Source: Luteolibacter sp.
GTDB taxonomy: Bacteria > Verrucomicrobiota > Verrucomicrobiia > Verrucomicrobiales > Akkermansiaceae
Reading direction: 5' to 3'
DNA length: 64,000 nt
NCBI GenBank assembly: GCA_047921195.1
Contig: JBLRWN010000009.1
Span: 396-64,395 of the forward strand
This document shows positions 40,287-49,352 of this stretch, one piece after another (the stretch's first letter is position 1; each line of letters opens with the position of its first letter). The position numbers were made by a program, and so were the translations under genes. Under the pieces are notes generated by a model, which worked only from the letters and a program-made list of their open reading frames with translations, had not been told where the DNA came from and made no database searches.

Positions 40287-42395
40287 TTACTTTGCAGCCC
40301 GGAGCATGAAGTCCTTCACCGTCACACCACGGCTGCCGTTCTTCAGTTCGACATGGATGGTGTTTTCGCCTGCCTTGAGATCGAGCGTGACGGGCTCCGT
40401 GTATTCCCACATGCCGATGGTATATGGCACGTCGATTTCAGTCGGGGCGGTGCCACCGTTCGAGGAAATGATGAGCTTCTGGCCTTTTTGCAAGGTCGCG
40501 ACATTGCCCATGATCTGGTATTTCCCAGCCTCGGGAACCTCGATGACGTAATCGGCCTTGAAGCCACCCAGCATGTGGATCTGCATGCCATCTCCGAAAC
40601 TTTTCATGGCGGCGGATTTCCCGGAGGACTTCGCGTGCCCGACGGACGGGATGATCATCACGCCGTTTTCGATGCGCACTTCCTTGTCTGCGGAGGCCAC
40701 GGCGGCGGAGCGGAGTTGTTGTTCGCGCTCGTTGGCTTCAGCGAGTTCCTGGCCGAGCGGACCGAGCGTCTGGGCGCTGGCGGCGATAATGCGCTGCTGA
40801 TAAAGACCGGCGCGGCTCCAGAATCCACCGGCAACCTTGCGGCGGTCATTGTAAGCCTGCTCGCCGAGAACGCGGCTGATCCACTGGGCGCGCAGGACCT
40901 TGAGGTAACCTTCGGCATCCGCGCGGGCCTGGGAATCGAGCAGGAAATGGCTGCCACTCATCGGTGTGTCATCCTTGTCCCACCAGCTCGCATGAAATCC
41001 GGCACCGAGGACGGTAACCCAGCCTTTGGGCGTCCAATGGCCGACCGCAGCGTGTGCGCGCTGGGTGACCCCCCACGTCGGAATGCCGAAGGCGCGGAGA
41101 ATGAAGCGGCCGTAGAACGCACGGCGTCCGCAGATGCCGCCATTGAGGACGATGTTCTGGTATTGGTGCAGGGTCGGGATGTCATATTTCACGTTTTGCG
41201 ATCCATAGGGCACTTCCGAGCGAACCGAGGAAACGTAGCGCCAACCGTAGTCCGGGTTGTAAATGTGATCGGGGCGGTAGTTGCGGAGCATCGTGCGTCC
41301 CCATTGGAGCATTTCATCCGGCGCGTCGCTGTTGACGACGTTGCGGTATTCCCATGCGGCGAGGTGTTCGAATGCGGGATCGAGTTCTCCGGCGAGGTAG
41401 GCTTTTTCGTAATGGAGGTAGCGTTGCACCGGATCGACGTCGAGCGTCGGCAGATCCGCCGGCTCCTTGGGCTTCGACTGGCCAATCGGGCGGGCATGCA
41501 CGACGCTGGTGCCGATCGCAAGGCGGCGGAAAAGCCCCTCCGATGCGCGCGGACTGGCTTTTTGGATCTTTGCGAAAATCGCGGCGGCATTCCCCCATTC
41601 ACCGAATGCGGCACCACCGGCGGCCAGCATTTCCTTCATCAGTCCGGCATCGCTGAGAAGTTGGTCAATCACCGCCGCATTGCCGGGTGCGCTTTCAGCA
41701 AAGCGCGCGAGTTTCTCCGGGCCTGCAGAAGCCAACACCGCGCCCTTTGCCAACGTGGCATCCAGGGCATCGTTGCCGAGAACGGACGCGAGCGACTCGA
41801 TGAGCTTTTTCGATGCCGCGGTCTCCGCGTCGCGCGCATTTGTCAATGCAGCCTGGGCGGCGGCGTTTTCGCGTTTGAATTTCTCCTCGTTCTTCAGGGC
41901 CTCATCGAGTTTGGCCTGCCGCTCTTTGAGGGCCGCCATGCCCTCTTCACGGTTTTTCTGCCAATTCGCGAGATCCTTGCGGGCGGCTTCACGCTCAGCA
42001 TCGGTTTTCGCGTTTTTAAGATTTTGCTCGGCCCTGGCGATCCCCTTGTCGGCGCCACCGATCCATTTCCCCGTGGCATGTGCGACAAGGCCGCGCGCCG
42101 CTCCGATGGATCCAAGATTTTTTTGGGCTTCGTCGGCGGCAGTCTTGGCGACGACGACGGCTTCATGAGCTTGGTCCAATGCCGCCTGCAAACCGGAATC
42201 CACGGCAGGAAGTGCGGTTTTCACCTCCCCTTTCACCGATTCGAGCATCGCGGCGTAACGCTCAAGGTGCTTTTCGCCTTCCGCTGTGAGCGGCGGCAAC
42301 TGTGGCGCATTGCGAGGGCGGGCGGATGCGATTCCTGCAATCAGGGAAAATCCAATCGCAGGCAGAAGTAGGAGCTTGGTCAACGAGATGGGCAT
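40287..42395 (-). CDS. Exported hypothetical protein: coiled coil, transglutaminase-like motif, C-terminal CBM6/35-like module
   Basis: Signal peptide; GGICGRRA...RAFGIP...HA..W; C-terminal TLDLKAGENTI. Confidence 0.55.
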   Translation of the reverse strand: MPISLTKLLLLPAIGFSLIAGIASARPRNAPQLPPLTAEGEKHLERYAAMLESVKGEVKTALPAVDSGLQAALDQAHEAVVVAKTAADEAQKNLGSIGAARGLVAHATGKWIGGADKGIARAEQNLKNAKTDAEREAARKDLANWQKNREEGMAALKERQAKLDEALKNEEKFKRENAAAQAALTNARDAETAASKKLIESLASVLGNDALDATLAKGAVLASAGPEKLARFAESAPGNAAVIDQLLSDAGLMKEMLAAGGAAFGEWGNAAAIFAKIQKASPRASEGLFRRLAIGTSVVHARPIGQSKPKEPADLPTLDVDPVQRYLHYEKAYLAGELDPAFEHLAAWEYRNVVNSDAPDEMLQWGRTMLRNYRPDHIYNPDYGWRYVSSVRSEVPYGSQNVKYDIPTLHQYQNIVLNGGICGRRAFYGRFILRAFGIPTWGVTQRAHAAVGHWTPKGWVTVLGAGFHASWWDKDDTPMSGSHFLLDSQARADAEGYLKVLRAQWISRVLGEQAYNDRRKVAGGFWSRAGLYQQRIIAASAQTLGPLGQELAEANEREQQLRSAAVASADKEVRIENGVMIIPSVGHAKSSGKSAAMKSFGDGMQIHMLGGFKADYVIEVPEAGKYQIMGNVATLQKGQKLIISSNGGTAPTEIDVPYTIGMWEYTEPVTLDLKAGENTIHVELKNGSRGVTVKDFMLRAAK

Positions 42396-42542
42396 GACTG
42401 AATAACGTCGTCATAGACGGTTTCTTTCGATTTTCTTGAAAATTCTCCAACCCGTCGGCCGCAACCTTCTGTCGTGACTCCATCGGGCCGTTTGGCGCTG
42501 GACGCGCTGCATCCAGAGGTACAACCTCCGCAACTCCCTGCC

Positions 42543-43403
42543 ATGGCAGACATTCCATCAAGCAAATCCACCTCGTCAGCTCGCTCGCCCTTTGCCGGAT
42601 GCCTCATCTTCATTGCCGCCGGCCTGGTCATGCTTTTCCTGATCGGTTTCTCGACATACGTCCTGTTCCGCCAATACGCGGAGATCGAGAAATTCACCGA
42701 GCCCTCCCCTGCCCCGCGCAGCATCGTTGCGATTCGCGATCACGAAACTGATATCGTCGCCCTTGCCGAATCGCTTGAAGCATTCCGGCAACGGCTCGAT
42801 GGCACGCCCGCCACCGAACTCCGCCTCACACCCCAGGAAATCAATCTCGCCATCGCAGCATACGAACCACTCGAGGAACTGCGCGGCACATTCGAGGTCA
42901 TTGCCATCCACGATGACCACCTCGAAATCGCCATTTCCTTCACCCTCAATGGCAAGCCCCGCCTGACCCGTGACGGGGAAAGCGGTTGGATCACCAGCGA
43001 CTCACGCCATCTCAACGCAACCATTCATGCGCGCCCCGCCTTGCTGCAACATGAGCTGATTCTCCAGATTCTCGAAATCCACCCGACGTCCGGAGCCGAA
43101 GTCCCCCGGGAATTCATCGAGTTGATGTCGCCCTACCGCATCACCGAGCGCTATCTGGAACACCCGGTGATCGCACCCGCCATGGCCACGCTCACTCGCG
43201 TTGGCATCGAGGATGGCACCTTGGTTTTCACCCGTGAACCTGGCGTGAATCCCGTCGATTTCATCTCGGATTCCGAAGTGAATTCCGGAGCAAGGCGATT
43301 TTTCCTGTTTTTCGGTGCCGGGGCGTCGCTATTCCTGTTGTTCGCCAGCATCGTCATCTTCCTTGGCCTGCGAAATGCAAAAAAACGAGACCACCAAGCG
43401 TAG
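42543..43403 (+). CDS. Hypothetical membrane protein (N- and C-terminal TM helices)
   Basis: Long ORF with host-like codon usage; no recognised family. Confidence 0.6.
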   Translation: MADIPSSKSTSSARSPFAGCLIFIAAGLVMLFLIGFSTYVLFRQYAEIEKFTEPSPAPRSIVAIRDHETDIVALAESLEAFRQRLDGTPATELRLTPQEINLAIAAYEPLEELRGTFEVIAIHDDHLEIAISFTLNGKPRLTRDGESGWITSDSRHLNATIHARPALLQHELILQILEIHPTSGAEVPREFIELMSPYRITERYLEHPVIAPAMATLTRVGIEDGTLVFTREPGVNPVDFISDSEVNSGARRFFLFFGAGASLFLLFASIVIFLGLRNAKKRDHQA

Positions 43404-43451
43404 CTTTTTCAAATTCCAACCGTATCAATCACCCGAATTCGAATCCAACGC

Positions 43452-44732
43452 ATGAAACTCCGCCACACCCTACCCATTTGCTTCCTAATCGCGAGCATTC
43501 CCTTCACCGCCGCGAATGAGGAAACCCCACCTGCCGCAACGGACGAATCCACCGCCGAATCCACTGCGGATGCCGCCAAGCAGGATGATGCGGAGAACGC
43601 CGCATCCGATGACTCAAAAGAGCCCGACGAAGCCACCGAACTCAGCAAGGCGAACCGCCTCGCCGCCACCCGGCTTACCCACGAAACCAACGAACTCCGC
43701 GCCGAAATCACCCGCCTCAAGATGGAGCGCGAGTTGATCTCCGAGCGGCTCGCTCTCGAAACCGCCAAACGCAACGAAGCCCTTCGCGAAGCCATCGCAC
43801 CCCTCGAAGCCGAGCGAGAACAGCTCGCCCGTGAAGGCGAAATCGCCAAACAACGCGCCGAGAAACTCACCAACGAGCTCAAGTCTCTCCAGACCGAAGC
43901 CGCCCTCGAACTCACCGCGATGCAAAACGAAATCCGCCGCATCGAGGCGATTGAGCGCCGCGCCAAGTTCGCCGACGCCGAACCGCAATACCTGAAAAAC
44001 CCGCTGCGAGAAGATGGCACCCTCGTCATTTCCGACCGCCGCATCCCGCTCAACGGCCCGGTCACCACCGAACTCGCCGACTTCGTCACCACCCGCATCC
44101 AATTCTGGAACAACAAGGACCGCGAACTGCCGATCTTCATCGTCATCGACAGCTCGCCCGGCGGCTCGGTGATGGCCGGCTACCGCATTCTTAAGGCCAT
44201 GGAGTCGAGCGACGCGCCGATCCATGTCGTCGTCAAATCCTTCGCCGCCTCGATGGCCGCAGCCATCTGCACGCTCGCCGAACATTCCTACGCCTACCCG
44301 AACGCCGTGCTGCTCCACCACCAGATCAGCAACTCGATCATGTTCGCCCGCCTCAATCTCACCCAGCAGCGCGAGTTTTACCAACAAACCACCCGCTGGT
44401 GGGACCGCTTCGGCGTCCCCATCGCCGCGAAAATGGGCATCACCGCCGACAAATTCATCGAAATGATGTATGAGAAAGCCAGCAGCGGCGACTGGGTGGA
44501 ATTCGCCGACGAGGCGCACAAACTCAAGTGGGTGAACCACATCGTCGAAACCATTGAGGAAACCGCCATCCTCAAGGATCCGGACAAAACCGAAGGGGCC
44601 GCACCCGCCGCACAACTCAAGCTCGAAGAGCAGCTCGACGACGAAGGCCGCCCGTTCATCTGGCTGCCGCGCATCGACCCCACCGACGTCTGGTTCCTCC
44701 ACAATCCCGACGGCTACTTCCGCGCTCGCTGA
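43452..44732 (+). CDS. Exported ClpP-like serine protease with N-terminal coiled coil
   Basis: Signal peptide; IDSSPGGSVMAG, AASMAA (Ser), LLHHQ (His), GDWVEFADEA. Confidence 0.8.
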   Translation: MKLRHTLPICFLIASIPFTAANEETPPAATDESTAESTADAAKQDDAENAASDDSKEPDEATELSKANRLAATRLTHETNELRAEITRLKMERELISERLALETAKRNEALREAIAPLEAEREQLAREGEIAKQRAEKLTNELKSLQTEAALELTAMQNEIRRIEAIERRAKFADAEPQYLKNPLREDGTLVISDRRIPLNGPVTTELADFVTTRIQFWNNKDRELPIFIVIDSSPGGSVMAGYRILKAMESSDAPIHVVVKSFAASMAAAICTLAEHSYAYPNAVLLHHQISNSIMFARLNLTQQREFYQQTTRWWDRFGVPIAAKMGITADKFIEMMYEKASSGDWVEFADEAHKLKWVNHIVETIEETAILKDPDKTEGAAPAAQLKLEEQLDDEGRPFIWLPRIDPTDVWFLHNPDGYFRAR

Positions 44733-44834
44733 AATTTTCATTTCCGGGCAAAAAGATGCTTGCCAACCATCCGCCGCATCCATAACAGTCCCGCCCCCGC
44801 CGCACCCCGGCCGGGGACAAATCACCAACAAAAC

Positions 44835-44907
44835 GCGAGGATAGCTCAGTTGGTAGAGCAGTTGGCTTTTAACCAATTGGTCCTGGGTTCGAGTCCCAGT
44901 CCTCGTA
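44835..44907 (+). tRNA. tRNA-Lys (anticodon TTT), CCA not encoded
   Basis: Acceptor GCGAGGA/TCCTCGT, D arm GCTC/GAGC, anticodon arm GTTGG-CTTTTAA-CCAAT, T arm CTGGG-TTCGAGT-CCCAG. Confidence 0.97.
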
Positions 44908-45314
44908 CTTCCCTTTTCAACGCTGCCTGACGTGCAGCGTTTTTTGTTTCTGGCAACTCCACCCACCGTTCGACGAGAGGGCTGGGACGAGAACCCCTGC
45001 GCAGCATCATGGGTTCGACTGCCACTTTCGATCGCATCGAAACATCCATCTCACCGCGAAGCGCACCCCGCAGAGACGCAGCACAGCGAAGTCAATCCCA
45101 GTCCTCGTACTTCCCTTTTCAACGCTGCCTGACGTGCAGCGTTTTTTGTTTCTGGCAACTCCACCCACCGTTCGACGAGAGGGCTGGGACGAGAACCCCT
45201 GCGCAGCATCATGGGTTCGACTGCCACTTTCGATCGCATCGAAACATCCATCTCACCGCGAAGCGCACCCCGCAGAGACGCAGCACAGCGAAGTCAATCC
45301 CAGTCCTTGTACTT
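44894..45314 (+). repeat. Exact 202-bp tandem duplication starting in the tRNA T-loop, plus a third imperfect tRNA 3'-end copy
   Basis: tcccagtcctcgtactt at 44894 and 45096, tcccagtccttgtactt at 45298; intervening sequences identical by eye. Confidence 0.92.
44919..44945 (+). terminator. Rho-independent terminator after tRNA-Lys (second copy 45121-45147)
   Basis: aacgctgc-ctgacgt-gcagcgtt followed by a T-run. Confidence 0.8.
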
Positions 45315-45570
45315 CATTGCTAAAGTGCTGAAATTCAAATGATTGCGAATTTCTCGCCAGCCCGGAAATTGCCGAATGTGCATGAAAATGTGTAGTGTGT
45401 TTGTATTTGGCCTATTTTATCCATAGGCGTCCGAATGGTGTAAAATGGCCACTTTGCCCCACCATTTCACCCGCCAATCTAAATCCGGATCGTCCTCGCC
45501 ACCTTCCCCCACTCCCCGCGCCCGGCCACGCGTGATAGACGACGCGGCATTTTTCCGGTAGTCTCACCCC

Positions 45571-45846
45571 ATGAACTTCGATTGGCGTGGCCGGGTGATC
45601 CTCCAGAAACTCGCGGAGGGCTGCATCGTGCGTGAGGCGGCGGCAGCGGCGGGCATCACCAAGCGGGCCGTGAAACTCCGCATGGCGTCGAACGCTGGAT
45701 TCCGTGAAGCGGTCGCTCAGGCCCGTGAGGCAGGCGCAGACGAACGACGCTTCCGCCTGTGGCTGCGTCATCACTTCCGTGGCCGTCGTCCGCCTACGGG
45801 GAAAGGACACGGCGGTCGGCCAGCGTTCAGCTATGGCCGCCGGTGA
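45571..45846 (+). CDS. Small HTH-like protein resembling phage terminase small-subunit-type HTH proteins
   Basis: ILQKLAEGCIVREAAAAAGIT...FREAVAQAREAG pattern; resemblance recalled, not searched. Confidence 0.4.
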   Translation: MNFDWRGRVILQKLAEGCIVREAAAAAGITKRAVKLRMASNAGFREAVAQAREAGADERRFRLWLRHHFRGRRPPTGKGHGGRPAFSYGRR

Positions 45847-45905
45847 GGAGTCCGAGTGAATTCCGGCTGGCAAGCGAGTTCACAAAGCCCCATATTCGGA
45901 TTGCC

Positions 45906-46112
45906 ATGGTCACTCAACAATACCGCGAAGCCAACGAGCTTGCCGACCTCCTCGACTTCTACGAAGACGCCAGCAAATCCAAAGTCGCAAAACCCGAAGA
46001 ATTCGCCGACCTCATCGCCAGAACCCGAGCCGACCTCGCCGAGCAAGAGCGAATCGACGGCAAGCCAGCCGACCCAAGGGAACAGCGCCAAGAATTCCTC
46101 GTGGCGACCTGA
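45906..46112 (+). CDS. Small hypothetical protein
   Basis: 68-aa helical ORF with host-like codon usage. Confidence 0.45.
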   Translation: MVTQQYREANELADLLDFYEDASKSKVAKPEEFADLIARTRADLAEQERIDGKPADPREQRQEFLVAT

Positions 46113-46335
46113 TCCCGCCTTTGATCCCTCAATCTTTCTCGATTTCGTTAGGGTCGTCGGCCTGCGGGGCGTGATCAATGCGGTCTACCAACATTACTTA
46201 CGGTCTTTTTTGACCTTCTTCAGCTTTTGCGTGACCGGCCTTGGGCCGCCATCTTCCGCACCCACGGGTCTTTCGACTTCGAGAAGTCTTGCGGCTTGGC
46301 GGTTCAAAATTCCCAATCCGCAGGTGGCATCGCTC

Positions 46336-47382
46336 TCACCCATCCTGCATCGCCCTCACCTCGTCGCGGACCAGGCGCACCAATTCCGGCGGTGCAATCG
46401 CCTTGGCCTGGCGGCCGAAGCTCAGCACCCAGCGCACCACCTCTTCCAATCGGCCCACCTCGAATCTTACCTCCACCGGGTTGCCTTTCGCATCGAGCAT
46501 CTTGACCTCCTGCGTCGGATGCCAGCGGCGCTCTTGGGCCAACCGCGCCGCATACTGGCGCAGTTCCACCCGCACCACGTGCCGGGTCTCATCGCCATCG
46601 ACATTCCACACGCCGAACGATCGCCGCAAGTAAGTCGCACCATCGAAATCTGCCGACCGTTCGAATCGGCCTTTCATCACCTTGGTGTTTGAGATCCTCG
46701 GCAAAGCGAACGTCCGCAGCGCCGCGCGGTCCAGATCATGCGCGATCAGATACCAGCCACCCTCGACCTCGCCGAGATGCAGTGGTTGCACCGCTCTGAC
46801 CTCTCCCTCGTCCGCCCCGAGCTTGCGGTAGAGGAAGGAAATTTCACGCTGGTCCAGCACCGCCTTGGCCAGCTTGCCGAAGGCCCCGAGCACCTTCGTG
46901 TCTTGAACCACCGCTTTGCGCGAAAACGCCTCGTCGAGATCGTTCCACGTGAACCCCACCTTCCCCAGCATACCCTGCGTGAGCTTCGCGAAGGCCGCGC
47001 TCAGCGCATCCGACACCCGCGTCCCCCGGATCCCGCGCAGCGCGCTGCGGGTGAAAAACAACGTCGCCAGCTCGTCCTCCGACAACTGGAACACCGGAAA
47101 ATCCGACACATCCCCGTCGTAGCGGTAGCCGTGCAGATCCTCGCAATACACCAGCGGCAGACCCAGCGAATCGCGCATGAAATTGATGTCGCGCTGGATC
47201 GTCTTGCGCGTCACCCCCAACCGCTCCGCCAGCGTCGAACAGTTCGGCAGGCCGCCTTTGCAGATCACCGCATGAATCTCGTAGATCCGCTGAATCGGCC
47301 GCCGCGTGCTGCCATCGCGCGGAGCATGCACCGCCGGATTCGCAACGGACGACTTCGGAGCAGGGCGGGAGCGGGTTTTCAT
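46336..47382 (-). CDS. HTH-WYL-WCX transcriptional regulator (YafY/PafB-like)
   Basis: LAERLGVTRKTIQRDI HTH; QPLHL..GGWYLIAHD; RTFALPRI; EVVRWVLSFG. Confidence 0.92.
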   Translation of the reverse strand: MKTRSRPAPKSSVANPAVHAPRDGSTRRPIQRIYEIHAVICKGGLPNCSTLAERLGVTRKTIQRDINFMRDSLGLPLVYCEDLHGYRYDGDVSDFPVFQLSEDELATLFFTRSALRGIRGTRVSDALSAAFAKLTQGMLGKVGFTWNDLDEAFSRKAVVQDTKVLGAFGKLAKAVLDQREISFLYRKLGADEGEVRAVQPLHLGEVEGGWYLIAHDLDRAALRTFALPRISNTKVMKGRFERSADFDGATYLRRSFGVWNVDGDETRHVVRVELRQYAARLAQERRWHPTQEVKMLDAKGNPVEVRFEVGRLEEVVRWVLSFGRQAKAIAPPELVRLVRDEVRAMQDG

Positions 47383-47624
47383 CGGGTAGGTTCGGGTGGA
47401 AGATTCTCAAGATCCTGCTGCAGCGACTCAGGAGTAAACGACGGGATCCTGCGGCGGAATAGCTCGTCGTCGAACTCGAATCGGTTCATTCCAGCGATAC
47501 CAGCCGCCACGGATCTGGGAATTCTTCCGCTCGAAAATAGCGAGACGGCCAGCTCCAGCCTCAATTCGCTTTCGTGAAACGAAGTGAGTGCCGGATCATC
47601 TGGCAAGGTCAAGATCACGCCCAA
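47379..47624 (-). CDS. UPF0175-family protein (putative antitoxin)
   Basis: ELRLELAVSLFSSGRIPRSVAAGIAGMNRFEF..EL..RRIP; TTG start; 4-nt overlap with the WYL gene. Confidence 0.75.
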   Translation of the reverse strand: MGVILTLPDDPALTSFHESELRLELAVSLFSSGRIPRSVAAGIAGMNRFEFDDELFRRRIPSFTPESLQQDLENLPPEPTR

Positions 47625-47752
47625 GCTGTATTCCGAAACAACGGGATGCCAACTTCAAAAAAAATGACGGATTCCGAGCGTTTTTCACACCCTACCCCCG
47701 CCGTTGTCCCACCCCGGGGGGTAAAAACGGACATGCTGAAACACGAAAACCG

Positions 47753-47827
47753 TGTGAGCTTCGCGAACCTTCATTGATGCAAAACCTGTTTGCTTGGACT
47801 GAGGTTACGAGGTCAAATTCAGAAATG
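47753..47827 (+). repeat. Left copy of ~75-bp inverted repeat
   Basis: tgtgagcttcgcgaac...cctgtttgcttggactgaggttacgaggtcaaattc; reverse complement at 53514-53588. Confidence 0.9.
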
Positions 47828-47834
47828 AGACCAA

Positions 47835-47869
47835 CCTTCAACCTTCAACCTTCAACCTTCAACCCTTAA
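47835..47869 (+). repeat. (ccttcaa)x4 plus cccttaa heptamer array
   Basis: Read directly; same unit family as 51979-52062. Confidence 0.85.
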
Positions 47870-47882
47870 CTCTCCCACCTCC

Positions 47883-48224
47883 ATGCACCCCTTCGCCCCC
47901 GGCGACCGCGTCGTCGCCATCAACCTCGACATTTCCGTTCCGTTGTATCCGAACGGAGATTGTAGCGCTCACCCCTTTCTTTTTCCGGACGGACCATTGC
48001 GGCGCAATGTGGTTTACCGTGTTGATGCGGTCTGTGATCGCAAAGGTCGCCAAGGACTCTACCTCTGCGGGATGCGTATTTTCTGGGGAGGGCGCGATAT
48101 CGCTTGGGATTCCTCCCGCTTCCGCAAGGTTGAAGAGGTCGGCCACCCCCCAGTGGCCGTCAAAAAAGCAAAACCCGTGAGAGCCAAAAGCATTCAAAAA
48201 ACTCCCTCAACGATCACCGCATGA
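47883..48224 (+). CDS. Hypothetical protein (SH3/KOW-like start FAPGDRVV)
   Basis: 113-aa ORF; ATGA overlap with the SLOG gene. Confidence 0.55.
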   Translation: MHPFAPGDRVVAINLDISVPLYPNGDCSAHPFLFPDGPLRRNVVYRVDAVCDRKGRQGLYLCGMRIFWGGRDIAWDSSRFRKVEEVGHPPVAVKKAKPVRAKSIQKTPSTITA

Positions 48225-48856
48225 CGCTGGACACCTTCGCCTCCCTCATCTCCTCCGCGCCCGCCCCGGTGATCCTCATCGAAGGCCGTCGCTCGATCCC
48301 GGATGACGTCGCGCACCTGGCCCGGCGGGTTTCCTCCATGCTGGCCACGCGCTTTCCCGCCCTGCGCTTCCGCTCCGGCAATGCCACCGGGACCGACCAA
48401 GCATTCGCTGCAGGCGTGATCGACGTGGCACCCGAACGCCTGGAAATCATCGCCCCCTACGCCATGCACCGCGCCAAGTCCCGCCACCCGCTCGTGCGTT
48501 ACGAGTCACCGGAATCCCTCAGCGAAGAGGAGTTGGAACAAGTGAAATCGCTTACCATGGCCGCCACCCCCGCCAATAAATCCTTGATCCGCTGCTACGG
48601 CCGTGGCGGACGCGCCGCCGCCCAGGCTGCCTGCCTGATCCGCGACACCCTGAAAGTCACCGGCATGAATGAGTCGGCGCGCCGAGTAGTCACGGCGGAT
48701 CGAGCCGAGTCCGCCCTACCCATCCCCACCGCCGCCCTGTTCTGGGTCGATCCCGCCGAACCCGAAACCGGCGGCACCGGCCACACCATCCGCGTCTGCC
48801 GCCTCCAAGGCGTCCCTGTGATCTTCCAACGCGATTGGCAGGCCTGGGCAGTATGA
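48221..48856 (+). CDS. SLOG-superfamily (DprA/YpsA-like) nucleotide-binding protein
   Basis: ILIEGRR, FRSGNATGTDQAF, GGTGHTIRVC..QGVPV. Confidence 0.7.
   Translation: MTLDTFASLISSAPAPVILIEGRRSIPDDVAHLARRVSSMLATRFPALRFRSGNATGTDQAFAAGVIDVAPERLEIIAPYAMHRAKSRHPLVRYESPESLSEEELEQVKSLTMAATPANKSLIRCYGRGGRAAAQAACLIRDTLKVTGMNESARRVVTADRAESALPIPTAALFWVDPAEPETGGTGHTIRVCRLQGVPVIFQRDWQAWAV
48729..48849 (+). repeat. 121-bp direct repeat, copy 1 (3' end of SLOG gene)
   Basis: Matches 49975-50095 with 5 substitutions counted by eye. Confidence 0.9.
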
Positions 48857-48910
48857 TGCTTTATTTCACATGTTGCATTTATTTCAGATGGATGTCAGAT
48901 TATCTCCGCC

Positions 48911-49348
48911 ATGAGTACCACCTTAGAACCATCCCGTTTAACCCCTGGCGATCAAGGCGCCTTGCGCAGTCTGCTGGAGGCGTTGCACGGCCCCGGCGAT
49001 TCCGCCAACGCCACGATCACCGTGGGCAATCGACCGATTTCATTGCCAACACCTGCCCTCGGACTTGTCACCGAGCTGTTGGAACATCTTGCCGCAGGAC
49101 GCTCTGTCACGGTGCTTGGCGCTGAAGAGGAAATTTCACCACGCGAAGCGGCGGAGCTGTTGGGAGTCTCCCGACCGTTTGCCTCCCGGCTCTTCGATGA
49201 TGGGCAGATTCCCAGCCGCCGGGTGGGCACCCACCGCCGTGCCTACATCAAGGATGTGCTCGCCTACCGGGAACGCCAGCACACCGCACGGCGTGCAGCC
49301 CTCGACGAACTCGCGGCAGAAGGCCAACGACTCAACCTTGGATACTGA
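48911..49348 (+). CDS. Excisionase-like HTH protein, antitoxin of PIN pair
   Basis: EISPREAAELLGVSRPFASRLFDDGQIPSRRVGTHRR; RRAALDELAAEGQRLNLGY. Confidence 0.85.
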   Translation: MSTTLEPSRLTPGDQGALRSLLEALHGPGDSANATITVGNRPISLPTPALGLVTELLEHLAAGRSVTVLGAEEEISPREAAELLGVSRPFASRLFDDGQIPSRRVGTHRRAYIKDVLAYRERQHTARRAALDELAAEGQRLNLGY

Positions 49349-49352
49349 AGGA

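Noticed and set aside
40221-42371. 716-aa plus-strand ORF
   Set aside because: Antisense shadow of 40287-42395, which has a signal peptide and coherent domains; typical of high-GC DNA.
43614-44966. 450-aa minus-strand ORF
   Set aside because: Antisense shadow of the ClpP-like gene and the tRNA; no motifs.
44894-45314. CRISPR array
   Set aside because: The intervening sequences are identical and about 185 bp long, the repeated core is the tRNA 3' end, and no cas genes are present.
47716-47760. Tn3-family terminal inverted repeat (GGGG...ACGAAAAC)
   Set aside because: Spacing does not match the 38-bp consensus, the right end lacks ACGAAAAC, and there is no 5-bp target duplication, transposase or resolvase.
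47588-47869. 93-aa ORF spanning the left inverted repeat
   Set aside because: It is a translation of the repeat and heptamer array (FNLQPSTFNP); the right copy has a stop in the equivalent frame.
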